DNA of 64,000 nt, from the NCBI GenBank assembly GCA_965199495.1, contig CBDASK010000003.1:3328001-3392000 (forward strand), in the 5' to 3' direction. Shown piece by piece: positions 20,020-30,903 of the stretch (positions within the stretch are counted from its first letter, which is position 1; every line of letters starts with the position of its first letter). The notes beneath the pieces are model-generated. The model was not told the origin of the DNA. It made no database searches and saw only the letters and a list, made by a program, of their open reading frames with translations. The position numbers and the translations under genes were made by a program. This DNA comes from Abditibacterium sp. (GTDB lineage Bacteria > Armatimonadota > Abditibacteriia > Abditibacteriales > Abditibacteriaceae).

Positions 20020-20462
20020 GCTAACTTTTCGTCCAACGCGCGCAAAAACTGCGCGATATGGCGGCGGTTTTCGCCAAAATCGCCTTGACCAACGCGCGAT
20101 TTCGATGCGACGTTGACGCGCGTTTTGCCTTCATTTTCATCAACGTGAATCGTCAAATTGTCGGTAAAAACCAGCACGGGAACTTCGACGTGAATCGTAT
20201 TGCCATCGGTTTTGACAACGCGCCACGACCGGAACCACGTCTGCTGTTCGCCCGCGACGGTTTGCGCGATTTTCGTTATTTCCTCGACCGATTGCGTGCA
20301 AATGCGTGTGCGCAGTTCGGGCGCTTCGTCGGGCGCGGTTTGCGCGGCGTGAGTGGGTGGCGAGGTATTCATGGTTTTGCCTGCGAGCAGAAATGCGACG
20401 AGGGGAACGGCGATGATGAGCGGCCACTTCCAACGGCTTTTTGGTTTAAGTTTCAAATGCAC
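20016..20462 (-). CDS. DUF1499-family protein
   Basis: N-terminal TM; FTD..SKSRVGQGDFGENRRHI motif; start codon uncertain. Confidence 0.75.
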   Translation of the reverse strand: MHLKLKPKSRWKWPLIIAVPLVAFLLAGKTMNTSPPTHAAQTAPDEAPELRTRICTQSVEEITKIAQTVAGEQQTWFRSWRVVKTDGNTIHVEVPVLVFTDNLTIHVDENEGKTRVNVASKSRVGQGDFGENRRHIAQFLRALDEKLA

Positions 20463-20623
20463 TGTTATTTTTCCGTGACTTAAAGTTTTCAAAAGAGAAA
20501 ACCACTGATGTTCTCGTTGGTGAAATTCGCAAGCCGCGCGCCGCAAATACCATAATACACATCTCTACAATGAGTGCGCTTGCAATGTTTAAGATTCATG
20601 TAAAAGGGGTATAATCAAATCCC

Positions 20624-21415
<792 letters not shown>

Positions 21416-21436
21416 TCTCTGAGCGAAAGATAAAGA

Positions 21437-21476
21437 AAAGCGTGGGCCACGATGTCGTGGCCCACGCTTTTTCTTT
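21437..21476. terminator. Bidirectional intrinsic terminator
   Basis: AAAAGCGTGGGCCAC-gatgtc-GTGGCCCACGCTTTTT between convergent genes. Confidence 0.8.
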
Positions 21477-21521
21477 CATGGGGCACGTATTTCCCCTGCA
21501 TTGTTGATTTTTAGCCAAATT

Positions 21522-22208
21522 TTAATCCACCCACAACAAGCGCCCGCAACCTTCGCAGGTGGGAAATTCTTTCGTTTTGGCTTCGCGCAGTGTGAACGGC
21601 AAAATTTCGGCGCCGCACGCGCTGCACGCGCCGCCCTCGACATGAGCCACGGCGACGCCGTGATGGCGTTTGTAACCATCGGCGTAGTGTTCCCTGTCCG
21701 AAGGCGAGAGTTTCGCGATGACCGGCGCGCGCGCGGCCCGTTTGTCGGCGACGCGTTTGTCCAGCAACTCGGTTTGCGCTTTGAACTCGGCCTCGATTTG
21801 CCGCGCGTTGGCGCGCGCGGCTTCGACCTGTTTTGTTTCGGCCTCGACTTTCGCCGCCAGCGTTTCGCCTTCGTCCATCGCGGTCAAAATTGTTTCGTCC
21901 AGTTCGCCGCGCATCCGGCTCAAACCTTCGATGTCGCGTTCGAGCGCGCTAATTTCGTGGGCGCTCGAAACCGTCATGATGCGTTTTTTCTGGCGCTCGA
22001 TTTTGGTTTCGGCGGCTTCCAAATCGCCCTCGGCCTTGGCGCGCGTGGCTGCAACGATTGCGGCGGCGCTTTGGGTTTGCGCGAGTTGCGTTTCCAATTC
22101 GGCCAAAGTCGCACGGGCGGAGGTGCCATCGTCCAAACGCGCTTTTTCGCGCGTGGCGTTTTGGATGGCGGAATCGAGAAGTTGCAGATCGAGCAGGGCA
22201 CGGTTCAT
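21522..22208 (-). CDS. Coiled-coil protein with C4 zinc ribbon (DUF164/CT398-like)
   Basis: LLDLQLLD start, long coiled coil, CSAC...CEGCGRLL; usual partner of Nif3. Confidence 0.85.
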   Translation of the reverse strand: MNRALLDLQLLDSAIQNATREKARLDDGTSARATLAELETQLAQTQSAAAIVAATRAKAEGDLEAAETKIERQKKRIMTVSSAHEISALERDIEGLSRMRGELDETILTAMDEGETLAAKVEAETKQVEAARANARQIEAEFKAQTELLDKRVADKRAARAPVIAKLSPSDREHYADGYKRHHGVAVAHVEGGACSACGAEILPFTLREAKTKEFPTCEGCGRLLWVD

Positions 22209-22237
22209 TGGCGTTTAGTTTGGCGCAAAATCGTGAC

Positions 22238-23350
22238 TCACGCGCAATCGCCAAATGGATTATGCACTTTTTGCTCGCGAATCACGCGCAAACCGCCGAT
22301 ATTTTCTAACGCGCTCGCCATTAACGGCACCGCCTTGGTTTCGGTGGCGGCGTGCGTCACGTCAAGGAGAGCCACGCCGCCCGCGCGCGCTTTGAGCGCG
22401 TCGTGATGTTTGATGTCGGCGCACACGAAAACAGTGCCGGGCGCCAAATGGCCGATGAAACTCGCGCCACTTCCCGGACTGCACGCGACGGTTTCAACAT
22501 CCGCGAAATCATCGGGCACGACGACGCGAATCGAAGGCGGATTGAGTTTTTCGCGCACGGTTTCGATCCACGAATCCAAACTCTGCCGCTCGACTTGGCC
22601 GATACGAAGTGGCCCGTAACTTCCGGTTTTGTCGTTGTTGAGCAAAGCCGTGACATTATAAGCGATTTCTTCGTAAGGATGCGCGGCGCGCAACGCCGCG
22701 ACAACGGCGGGCCAATCGGCTTCGAGCGCGATGATTTCGAGTTGCAGTTCGGCGACTTGCTCGCGATTGCTGACGGTGCCAACCGTGGGATTGGCGCCTT
22801 CGAGCGGGCGAAACGTGCCCTGCCCCGCGCTGACAAACGACGCTTCATCGTAAAGCACGCCAATTTTTCCGGCGCCCGCGTTCCACATCGCATTTCGCAC
22901 CGCGTCCAAATTTTCTGGCGGAACGTAAGTCACGATGCGCACTAACTTCGGCGCGCCCGAAGCGGCGCCGACGCGCACATCGCACAGGCCCAACTGCGCG
23001 GCGAGTGCGTCGCCCAAAGCGTGGGGCGGCGACGCGCCATCGAGCGCGCTGTGGACGCAAATCAGAGCCATATTCTCGCGCACGATGCGAGCCGCCAATC
23101 GCGCGGTCGGATCGGCGTAATCGAGCGATGCAAGCGGACGAAACAATAACGGATGATAAGCGATAATCGCGCCCGCGCCCGCCGTGGCTGCTGCGTCGAG
23201 CGCGGCATCGGTGACTTCGTAGCAAACGTAAACTGATTCGATTCCGGCGTTTTTATCGCCGATATGAAGACCAACGCTGTCCCATTTTTCCACGCGATTC
23301 CACGGGAAATGTCGGTTCAGTTCGTCGAGCAAATTTTGAATCGTGGGCAT
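22238..23350 (-). CDS. Nif3-like dinuclear metal-centre hexameric protein with PII-like insert
   Basis: WDSVGL, YHPLLF, HSALD, AHPYEE, DIKHHDA and HAATE motifs. Confidence 0.92.
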   Translation of the reverse strand: MPTIQNLLDELNRHFPWNRVEKWDSVGLHIGDKNAGIESVYVCYEVTDAALDAAATAGAGAIIAYHPLLFRPLASLDYADPTARLAARIVRENMALICVHSALDGASPPHALGDALAAQLGLCDVRVGAASGAPKLVRIVTYVPPENLDAVRNAMWNAGAGKIGVLYDEASFVSAGQGTFRPLEGANPTVGTVSNREQVAELQLEIIALEADWPAVVAALRAAHPYEEIAYNVTALLNNDKTGSYGPLRIGQVERQSLDSWIETVREKLNPPSIRVVVPDDFADVETVACSPGSGASFIGHLAPGTVFVCADIKHHDALKARAGGVALLDVTHAATETKAVPLMASALENIGGLRVIREQKVHNPFGDCA

Positions 23351-23394
23351 GATATTTAATGATATAGCGTGTTCTAACCAGAGTGCTACTCCAT

Positions 23395-23466
23395 CGGGGC
23401 TAACGCCTCCTTCCAATCGGCGGTATTGCGATGAACTCCGCCGATTGGAAGGAGGCGTTAGCCCCG
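23395..23466. repeat. REP-like inverted repeat (29-bp arms), same family as 54294-54368
   Basis: CGGGGCTAACGCCTCCTTCCAATCGGCGG / CCGCCGATTGGAAGGAGGCGTTAGCCCCG. Confidence 0.9.
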
Positions 23467-23486
23467 CTTGAAGCGAAGCGGAAAGC

Positions 23487-24269
23487 CTAAATTTGGTTTT
23501 TCGCTTCATTCCACAGTTCGTCCCATTGCGCTTCGCTCAGCGATTCCAAGTCCCAGCCACGCCGCTGGGCTTGGGCTTCCATTTTCTCGAAGCGACCGCG
23601 AAATTTGCGATTGTTATCGCGCAAAGCCATTTCGGGATTGATGTCGCGCCAGCGCGCGATGTTGACGATGGTAAACAACAAATCTCCCAGCTCTTCGGCG
23701 ACGCGTTCGGGTGTTTCGTGGCGCAAAGCATCCTCGACTTCGGCGACTTCCTCGCGCAGTTTGTCCCAAACTCCGGCTTCGTCGGGCCACTCGAAACCGA
23801 CTTTGGCGGCGCGTTTCGAGATTTGCAGCGCCGCCAAAAGCGCGGGCAATTCGGTCGGCACATTCGCCAAAATCGAAGTTTGCGCTTGGCCCGCTTCGGC
23901 TTTTTCCTGCGCTTTAATCGCGTCCCAATTGGCTTTGACCGTCTCGGCATCGTCGGCGCGAGCGTCGCCGAAAATATGCGGATGGCGCCGCACCAGTTTT
24001 TCGTTGATGCCGCGCGTCACATCGTCAATCGTAAAGTCGCCGTTTTCCTGCGCCAACTGCGCGTGAAACACGACCTGCAACAGCAAATCTCCCAACTCCT
24101 CGCACAAATGCGATTTATCGCCGCTTTCGATCGCGTCCAAAACTTCGGCGCTTTCTTCGATGAGATACGGGCGCAAGGTTTCGTGGGTTTGCTTCAAATC
24201 CCACGGGCAACCGCCGTCGGGCGCGCGCAGTTGCGCCATGATTTGCGTCAATCGTTCAAATTCGGACAT
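23487..24269 (-). CDS. mazG: Nucleoside triphosphate pyrophosphohydrolase MazG
   Basis: GCPWDLKQT, EELGDLLLQVVFHA and KLVRRHPHIF motifs; tandem MazG domains. Confidence 0.95.
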   Translation of the reverse strand: MSEFERLTQIMAQLRAPDGGCPWDLKQTHETLRPYLIEESAEVLDAIESGDKSHLCEELGDLLLQVVFHAQLAQENGDFTIDDVTRGINEKLVRRHPHIFGDARADDAETVKANWDAIKAQEKAEAGQAQTSILANVPTELPALLAALQISKRAAKVGFEWPDEAGVWDKLREEVAEVEDALRHETPERVAEELGDLLFTIVNIARWRDINPEMALRDNNRKFRGRFEKMEAQAQRRGWDLESLSEAQWDELWNEAKNQI

Positions 24270-24374
24270 GAGAAAATAGCTTACTGTTTCTTTGTTGGGA
24301 AATCTTACGGTTTCCCCACAACCACAAAAGCCGCCCGATTTTCATCGGACGGCCTTTGCGTTTCGCACCCACAA

Positions 24375-25706
24375 CTACGGCGTGGCTGGTGCGGGCGCCG
24401 CGTTGGTCGCGGGCGCTTCGGGCGCGGGCGCCGCCGAATTCGCGGCGGGTGCGGCGTTGGCGTCTGTGCCAGTCGCGGGCGCGGCGTTAGCATCCGCGCC
24501 GCCAGCGGTCGGCGGAACGGGCGTGGGTATGACTTTGTATTTTTCGGCGACAGTGGTATACGCCGGGTCTTCAATTTTGACGGTGCCTTTGGAGCGCAGG
24601 TCAGTCAAGATATTCTGCTGCATTGGCTGCAAAATGGCCGTCAACACATCGCGCAAAGGCGGCGGCGCTATCGGCGTCATTGATGGTGGCGGCGCCATTG
24701 GATTTTCCTGCATCTGCTGCATTTGCTGTTGCTGCTGCTGTTGCTGTTGCTGCTGCTGAATCGCGGTGCTGGTGCGCTTGAGCGTTTCGGTAAACGGCGG
24801 GTTCTGCGGATTTTTCTTGACCTCTGCCATTGCGACTTGTGCCATTTTGTAGTCGGTCTCGATTTGCGGTTTTAGAGCGGCGAAATCGGCTTTGGTCGGC
24901 TCCTGCTTGTCGCTGATATGAAACAACACATAAATCGGCGGCTGGCCGGGGCGGATAGCGATTTCTTTGGGATCGGTCGTGCCGCCTTTGGGCAAACTGG
25001 CGATGGCTTTAGCTTCGGCCTCGCCGTAGACCGCGCCCAGCGTGTCAACTGGCGCGAGTGCATCGCCCGCGTTGGAATTTTTGGCGAGCGGATCGCTCGA
25101 TTTCTGTTGCTCGGCGAGCAGAGCCTCGAAAGTTTTGGTCTTGCCTTTGAGCGCGCGACTCATGGCGTCGGCGCGCGCCTTGGTCGAAGTCAGCAAGGTG
25201 CCGACTTTGACTTTGGCTGGGTCTTCGTAATACGATTTGTAGGTGGTGAAGAACTTCTGCAACTCGTCATCGCTGACTTTCACGTCTTTAGTCAGCACTC
25301 TTTGCGTCATCAAATCGCGGCGTATCTGCAAGTTGAGAATATCCGCCAACTTGGGATTTTTCGCCAAAGTTCCGATCAAACTGGGATCGGTTTTCTTGCG
25401 ACGCTCTAACTCTTCGGCAACTTCAGCATCGGAAACCGTGATGCCATTATCTTTGGCATTTTGAGTCAGCAATTGAGTATCAATGAGAATCGGCAATATC
25501 TGTTCGCCACCCTGAGCTTCCAGAATTTTGTTGAGATCGGTGCGCGTGATGGCCGTGCCGCCAACAGTCGCCAGCGTGTCGCCGTTGCTACCGCCGCCGG
25601 TGGCTGCTGTGCCACCGACGCCGCCTTTGTTGCCGCATCCGGCCAGAGCAAGGGCCAATCCGATGGCCGCTAACGGCTTCCATGCCGTTTTGATTTGTTT
25701 GTTCAC
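24375..25706 (-). CDS. PrsA/SurA-like foldase lipoprotein (degenerate parvulin) with poly-Gln tract
   Basis: Lipobox LAGC; LATVGGTAIT; VSDDELQKFF..Y; sits upstream of mazG. Confidence 0.7.
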   Translation of the reverse strand: MNKQIKTAWKPLAAIGLALALAGCGNKGGVGGTAATGGGSNGDTLATVGGTAITRTDLNKILEAQGGEQILPILIDTQLLTQNAKDNGITVSDAEVAEELERRKKTDPSLIGTLAKNPKLADILNLQIRRDLMTQRVLTKDVKVSDDELQKFFTTYKSYYEDPAKVKVGTLLTSTKARADAMSRALKGKTKTFEALLAEQQKSSDPLAKNSNAGDALAPVDTLGAVYGEAEAKAIASLPKGGTTDPKEIAIRPGQPPIYVLFHISDKQEPTKADFAALKPQIETDYKMAQVAMAEVKKNPQNPPFTETLKRTSTAIQQQQQQQQQQQQMQQMQENPMAPPPSMTPIAPPPLRDVLTAILQPMQQNILTDLRSKGTVKIEDPAYTTVAEKYKVIPTPVPPTAGGADANAAPATGTDANAAPAANSAAPAPEAPATNAAPAPATP

Positions 25707-25782
25707 GTTGTGTTTTTATCCTTGGGAATTGAGCTAAAATTCGCTCAAAAATTTATTTTAGTTTTGATTTACCGATCCGAAA

Positions 25783-26538
25783 TTAATCGTCGGCCAGAGT
25801 TTCGTCCGACATCGAAAAATTAGCGACGACGTTCACTACGTCGTCATCTTCTTCGAGTGCGTCCAGCAATCTTAACAGTTTGCGCGCGTCCTCGCCTTCG
25901 ATTTCGATCACCGTATCCGGCACCAAAGCCGATTCGGCGCTCTGAATCGGAAAGCCCGCCGTTTCCAAAGCGCTTTCGACGGCGTCCAACGCACCGAGCG
26001 GCGTCGTCACGGTAAAGGCATCTTCGTCATTCGCGATGTCGCTGGCGCCCGCTTCGATGGCGCTTTCAAAAAGCGCCTCTTCGTCAGTCGTCTTGCCATC
26101 ATCAGCCACGGCGTCAACCACGATTTGGCCCAGACGCTGGAACTGCCACGCGACCGACCCGCCTTCGCCCAAGCTGCCGCCGTTTTTGTTGAACAGCGAG
26201 CGAATGTTGGCGACGGTGCGATTGCGATTATCGGTTTCGGCCTCGACCAAAACCGCGATGCCGCCCGGCCCGTAGCCTTCGTAGGTGATCTCTTCGTGGT
26301 TTTCCGACGAGAGTTCGCCGGTGCCTTTTTGGATGGCGCGCTTGATATTTTCGGCGGGCATCGAACCGGCGCGGGCTTTGTCGTAGGCCAACCGCAAGCG
26401 CGGATTGGAATCGGGGTCGCCGCCGGATTTGGCGGCGACGGTGAGGTCGCGCGAAAGCTTGGCAAACAGCTTGGCGCGTTCTTTATCCGCTTTGCCTTTG
26501 TGCAAGCGGATGTTTTTCCATTTGGAATGTCCTGCCAT
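25783..26538 (-). CDS. yebC: YebC/PmpR family protein
   Basis: MAGHSKWKNI, YEGYGPGG, TDNRNRT and LEEDDDV motifs. Confidence 0.96.
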   Translation of the reverse strand: MAGHSKWKNIRLHKGKADKERAKLFAKLSRDLTVAAKSGGDPDSNPRLRLAYDKARAGSMPAENIKRAIQKGTGELSSENHEEITYEGYGPGGIAVLVEAETDNRNRTVANIRSLFNKNGGSLGEGGSVAWQFQRLGQIVVDAVADDGKTTDEEALFESAIEAGASDIANDEDAFTVTTPLGALDAVESALETAGFPIQSAESALVPDTVIEIEGEDARKLLRLLDALEEDDDVVNVVANFSMSDETLADD

Positions 26539-26814
26539 AATTTAAAAATCGAATCGGGAGAAAAGCGCGCGATAGTTTAACAGAGCCGTTTTTCGTGGGC
26601 ACATCTCGTCTTTACATTGCGACAACTATCCAAATTGATGTGTTGAACGATCCGCCAGACTTTTCTGAAGTTTTCTGACGCAAACCCTCTATTTTAACGG
26701 TTAACGTTGGTTTCATTGTTTAAAAATGACGGTTTTTGGGTATAAGTAAAAAGCGCAATTCGTTGATTTGCCCCTTTATATTTATTCAAAAATTCCCATT
26801 TAACCCCTGATGCC

Positions 26815-27708
26815 ATGAAAAAACCGGTTTTGCTCATCTTTGTCAACGCGATGATTTTGATCGTCGTGTTCGCTCTGTTGGCTCAATCGCTATTTATTGT
26901 GCAGCGCATCGCGCAGACGAGTGATGTCAGTGGAATCGTCGAAGTACAGCGCCGGGGCAAAGGCGAGTTTCAAGTTTTAGGCAACAATCAAACTGTGGCC
27001 GTCGGCGATGTCGTGCGCACCGGAGCCAACGGCCACGTCGAGTTCCTCTGGGCCGACCAAACGCGCTGGAAACTGATGCCCGGCTCGCAACTGACGGTCG
27101 CCAACGCCACGATAAATGCGGCCAAACACGCCGAAAACGCGTGTTTCCAATTGGACGAGGGCAAGTTATTTGTGCGCATTGTCAAGCCAATTCAGGCCGG
27201 TTCGTCGTTTGAAGTCAGCACGCCCAACGCCACGGCGAGGGTGACGGGCACGGTTTTCAGCATCGAAGTTCAACCCGGCGGCGCGACCTGCGTCGAATCT
27301 TACGCTGGGCAAGTAAATATGGAAAGCGGGGGCCATCACGCTTTGGTGATGGCGGGCACGGCGGGCGTCACTGGCCCCGATGCGATTGAGATGATGCCGA
27401 TGTCGGGCGCCGATTTTCGCGCGCAAGCCGACTTGGTTCGTCCCAATCTGAGCGCGCGCGCCCAAGCTCTCAAAGGCGCGGCGGCGTTTGTCACCGGCTC
27501 GACCGAAGCGGGCAACCTTGTCAAAATCAACGGCAAGCGCGCTTTGGTTCTGGGCAACGGCGGTTTCGGTCGTCGCTGCACTTTGGAACCGGGCCTCAAC
27601 CAATGGACGATTATCGCGACCGATAAACACGGCGCGCAATCGCAAGTGTGTCGCGCGCTGAACTATGACGCCAGCGCGGGCACGGCGCGCGTGGCTGCTT
27701 GCGGGTGA
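26815..27708 (+). CDS. FecR-domain membrane-anchored protein with Ig-like C-terminus
   Basis: N-terminal TM; GDVVRTG; FEVSTPNATARVTGTVF. Confidence 0.8.
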   Translation: MKKPVLLIFVNAMILIVVFALLAQSLFIVQRIAQTSDVSGIVEVQRRGKGEFQVLGNNQTVAVGDVVRTGANGHVEFLWADQTRWKLMPGSQLTVANATINAAKHAENACFQLDEGKLFVRIVKPIQAGSSFEVSTPNATARVTGTVFSIEVQPGGATCVESYAGQVNMESGGHHALVMAGTAGVTGPDAIEMMPMSGADFRAQADLVRPNLSARAQALKGAAAFVTGSTEAGNLVKINGKRALVLGNGGFGRRCTLEPGLNQWTIIATDKHGAQSQVCRALNYDASAGTARVAACG

Positions 27709-27764
27709 ACGGGATTTGGCGCGACATCTGGAAATTTTTCTTCTATCAATTCGGCCAATTCGGC

Positions 27765-27949
27765 GTTGCGTAAAAATCCGCGCCTGTCATTTCGAGTGAG
27801 GCACGAACCGAGAAATCTTTCGGCCCCGCGCCAGCGGATGTAATGCGAAGCCCGAAAGTGAAGCCGTTGTGAACTTGCGCTGCCGCGCGGGCGAAAGATT
27901 TCTCGGTTCGTGCCTCACTCGAAATGACAGGCGCGGATTTTTACGCAAC
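27765..27949. mobile_element. MITE/REPIN-like element of the TGTCATTTCGAG family, copy 1 (reverse orientation)
   Basis: 58-bp perfect arms 27765-27822 and 27892-27949; core shared with the copies at 56466 and 60707. Confidence 0.8.
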
Positions 27950-28085
27950 ATCTATCGCCATTAACACGCAACGCAAATTCTCACTATTCTTCTGATTGCT
28001 GTGGTTTTTTGTGCCCGCGCGCGTCACACTGATTGGTTCTTCCTTTTTGGAGAACGATTTACGCGGGGCCAAAATCCCGGCTGAT

Positions 28086-29423
28086 ATGAAAAAAGCTCTC
28101 GAACCTCTAATTCTTTCGTGGCGCGTGCGCGAACTGCGCAATCGCATCCTCTTCGTAATGGGCGCCATCATGGTTTACGTGTTGGCGCTCCACGTCCCAA
28201 TTCCAAACGTTGACCATGCCGCGCTCAAAAAGCTGTTCGCGCAAAGCGGCGGCGTGCTGGATTTTATTGACATTTTCGGCGGCGGCGCCCTGCGCAAACT
28301 CTCGATTTTGGCGTTGGGCATCATGCCTTATATCACGTCGTCCATTATCTTTCAGGTCTTGACAATTGCCTTTCCCTACTTCAAAGATTTGCAAAACGAA
28401 GGCGAATATGGCCGCCGCAAAATGGCGCAGTGGACGCGTTGGGCTGCGATTGGTCTGACCTTGATTCAGGCGGTTGTGGCGACCAAGGCGTTTCAGGCGC
28501 CCGGCTTTGGCATTCTGGCGCCCGGTCTGCCGATCTTCTTCGAGTCGGTTTTGTCCTTGACGGCAGGCACGATGTTCCTGATTTGGCTGGGCGAGCAGAT
28601 GACCACGCGCGGCGTGGGCAACGGCATTTCGTTCATCATCTTCGCGGGCATTGTGGCGCGTTTGCCGCTGCAAATCGGCGAAATGGTTAAAACCGGCGCG
28701 ATTTTCCAGTTGTTCTTGCTGTTCGTCGTGTTCGTCGCGACGATCTGGATTATCATCACGGTCACGCAGGGCGAGCGTCGCATTCCGGTGAAATACGCGC
28801 CTCGTCAAGCCGGACAGCGTATGGTGCAGGGCCAGCGTTCGTATTTGCCGCTCAAAATGGCGGCGGCGGGCGTGATTCCGATCATCTTCGCGATTTCGAT
28901 TGTTTTGTTTCCCGGACAAATCGCGACGTGGTATCTGGGCGCGCATCAAGCCGACGTAGGCACAACCATGTTCAATTTCGCGCAAAGTGTGCAGCAATGG
29001 TTTTCACCGCGTAGCTGGTTCGCCTCGTTGTGCTATGGCGGTCTGGTGATGCTGTTCACCTATTTCTACACGGCAGTGTTGTTCGACGTGCGCGATTTGG
29101 CCGACAACCTCAAGCGTTATGGCGGACAAATTCAAGGCTATGCGCCCGGACGCCCGACCGAAATTTTCATCAACCGCGTGTTGACGCGCATCACTTTCGC
29201 GGGCGGTTTGTTCCTCGCTTTGGTCGCGCTGATGCAATGGTGGATGCCGACGATTTTGCAGTTGCCCCAAACGTCGGGCGCCGCCGGTTCGCTCTTGGTT
29301 GGCGGCACCAGTTTGCTGATTGTGGTCGGCGTGGCTCTTGAGATCATGCAGAACTTAGATCAGCAACTCAAGATGCGCCAATACGAAGGTTTCGCCAATA
29401 AAACGGGCAAAGGCCGTTTGTAA
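28086..29423 (+). CDS. secY: Preprotein translocase subunit SecY
   Basis: SILALGIMPYITSSII, WLGEQMT.RGVGNGISFIIFAGI, AGVIPIIFA and GGTSLLIVVGV motifs. Confidence 0.97.
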   Translation: MKKALEPLILSWRVRELRNRILFVMGAIMVYVLALHVPIPNVDHAALKKLFAQSGGVLDFIDIFGGGALRKLSILALGIMPYITSSIIFQVLTIAFPYFKDLQNEGEYGRRKMAQWTRWAAIGLTLIQAVVATKAFQAPGFGILAPGLPIFFESVLSLTAGTMFLIWLGEQMTTRGVGNGISFIIFAGIVARLPLQIGEMVKTGAIFQLFLLFVVFVATIWIIITVTQGERRIPVKYAPRQAGQRMVQGQRSYLPLKMAAAGVIPIIFAISIVLFPGQIATWYLGAHQADVGTTMFNFAQSVQQWFSPRSWFASLCYGGLVMLFTYFYTAVLFDVRDLADNLKRYGGQIQGYAPGRPTEIFINRVLTRITFAGGLFLALVALMQWWMPTILQLPQTSGAAGSLLVGGTSLLIVVGVALEIMQNLDQQLKMRQYEGFANKTGKGRL

Positions 29424-29576
29424 ATTTAAAATTCCGCCGTTAATTTAAGGCTCAAGGGCTACGGCAAAAGCGTGTTTTTGGACGCGTTCTTGCCATAACT
29501 CTTGAGCCTTTTTGTTATCCCAAATATTTTTCCAACTTTCCCTTTGCTTTTGTCGTTTTAAAGTTCGTCTTCTCCT

Positions 29577-30881
29577 ATGAATATCCTTGGCCTTGGCCGT
29601 GCTTCCGATAAAGACTTGGAATCCGAAGCGGAAAACGTGGCGCCGGTAAACCCAAACGCCGATGTCATCACGCCCGATGACATCGTGGCGGGCGATGCAG
29701 CCACGGCGGGCGCGTTGCTCGCGGGCGAACTCGAAATCAGGCCGTTCACGCAATACGAGAATATGCGGCGGTTTCTGTTTTTATGCTTCGGCATATTGGG
29801 CGCGGCGCTGCTTTTATTTGCTTTGGGCAAGTTCGTGATGTTGCTGGTCGTGGTTTTATTTTTGTCCACCGTTCTGAACCCCGCCGTCGTCTGGCTGGAA
29901 AAGAGGCGTCTGCCGCGCGGACTGGCCGTCGTTTTGGTGATGCTGGGACTTATCGGAGTGATGGTGGGCGTCGGGTTTTTGGTGGTGCCGCCGATTATCG
30001 AGCAGAGCAGTTCATTGGCCACGCAAAAAGATGTTTACAGCCGCAACATCGCCGATCAACTGCAAATCGTTCTCGACCGTTTTCCTCAACTCAAATCGCT
30101 CTTGCCCGCCGGTGTCAGAAATGCCGATGATTTGAAAGATGTCGGCAATGCGCTGTCTCCGCAAATGGAAAATTGGTTCAAAACGCACTCGGACGATTTG
30201 TCCAAATGGGCGGTCGCGGCAGTCAGCGCGACGCTGAGTGGTGCGCTCACGTTTTTGCTGGCGCTGTTGCTCACGACGTTTATTTTGCTCAATCCGGCGC
30301 CGCTCGTTTCGGGTTTTTTGTGCGCCGTGCCCTCTCGCTACCGCAACGCGGCAGGCCGCTCGATTGGGCGCATCCAAAATCAAATGCTCGCGTGGATTCG
30401 CGCGACTTTGATCAACGGTTTGATTACCGGCGTTTCCACGGGATTGTTATTGTGGTGGATCGGCGTCAAACCGGCGTTGGTTTTTGGCGCGCTCGCCTTC
30501 TTTGGCGAATTCATTCCAAATATTGGCCCGTTTATCGCGGCAGTTCCGGCATTGTTTGTGGCGGCGGGCATGGGCGGCAAAACGTTCTTGCTGACGGGCG
30601 CGGCGATTTTGTTTGTGCAGCAGGTCGAAAGCAATCTTTTGGTGCCGTTCATCATGGGCAAACAATTGGAGTTGCACCCGTTTTCGATCATCTTTTTCGC
30701 GCTTGCCTTCGGCAGTTTGTTCGGGTTGGCGGGAGCGATTTTGGCGGTTCCGGCGGCGGCAGTGGTCAAAGTGTTGTTCGATGAATTTTACCTGATGCCC
30801 AATCGTGTGCCCGAACCCGCCATCGCGCACAGCAGCGAAGTTTTGGTGCGCGAGCGCGAGTGGCAGGCGCCGCAAAATTAA
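29577..30881 (+). CDS. AI-2E (PerM) family transporter
   Basis: LNPAV.WLE, FIPNIGP and QQVESNLLVP.IMG..LELHP motifs. Confidence 0.92.
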   Translation: MNILGLGRASDKDLESEAENVAPVNPNADVITPDDIVAGDAATAGALLAGELEIRPFTQYENMRRFLFLCFGILGAALLLFALGKFVMLLVVVLFLSTVLNPAVVWLEKRRLPRGLAVVLVMLGLIGVMVGVGFLVVPPIIEQSSSLATQKDVYSRNIADQLQIVLDRFPQLKSLLPAGVRNADDLKDVGNALSPQMENWFKTHSDDLSKWAVAAVSATLSGALTFLLALLLTTFILLNPAPLVSGFLCAVPSRYRNAAGRSIGRIQNQMLAWIRATLINGLITGVSTGLLLWWIGVKPALVFGALAFFGEFIPNIGPFIAAVPALFVAAGMGGKTFLLTGAAILFVQQVESNLLVPFIMGKQLELHPFSIIFFALAFGSLFGLAGAILAVPAAAVVKVLFDEFYLMPNRVPEPAIAHSSEVLVREREWQAPQN

Positions 30882-30903
30882 TTAACAAATTTCAGTAACC
30901 GTT

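Noticed and set aside
24292..24759. ORF ending in a poly-Cys run
   Set aside because: Antisense shadow of the poly-Gln codons of the PrsA-like gene
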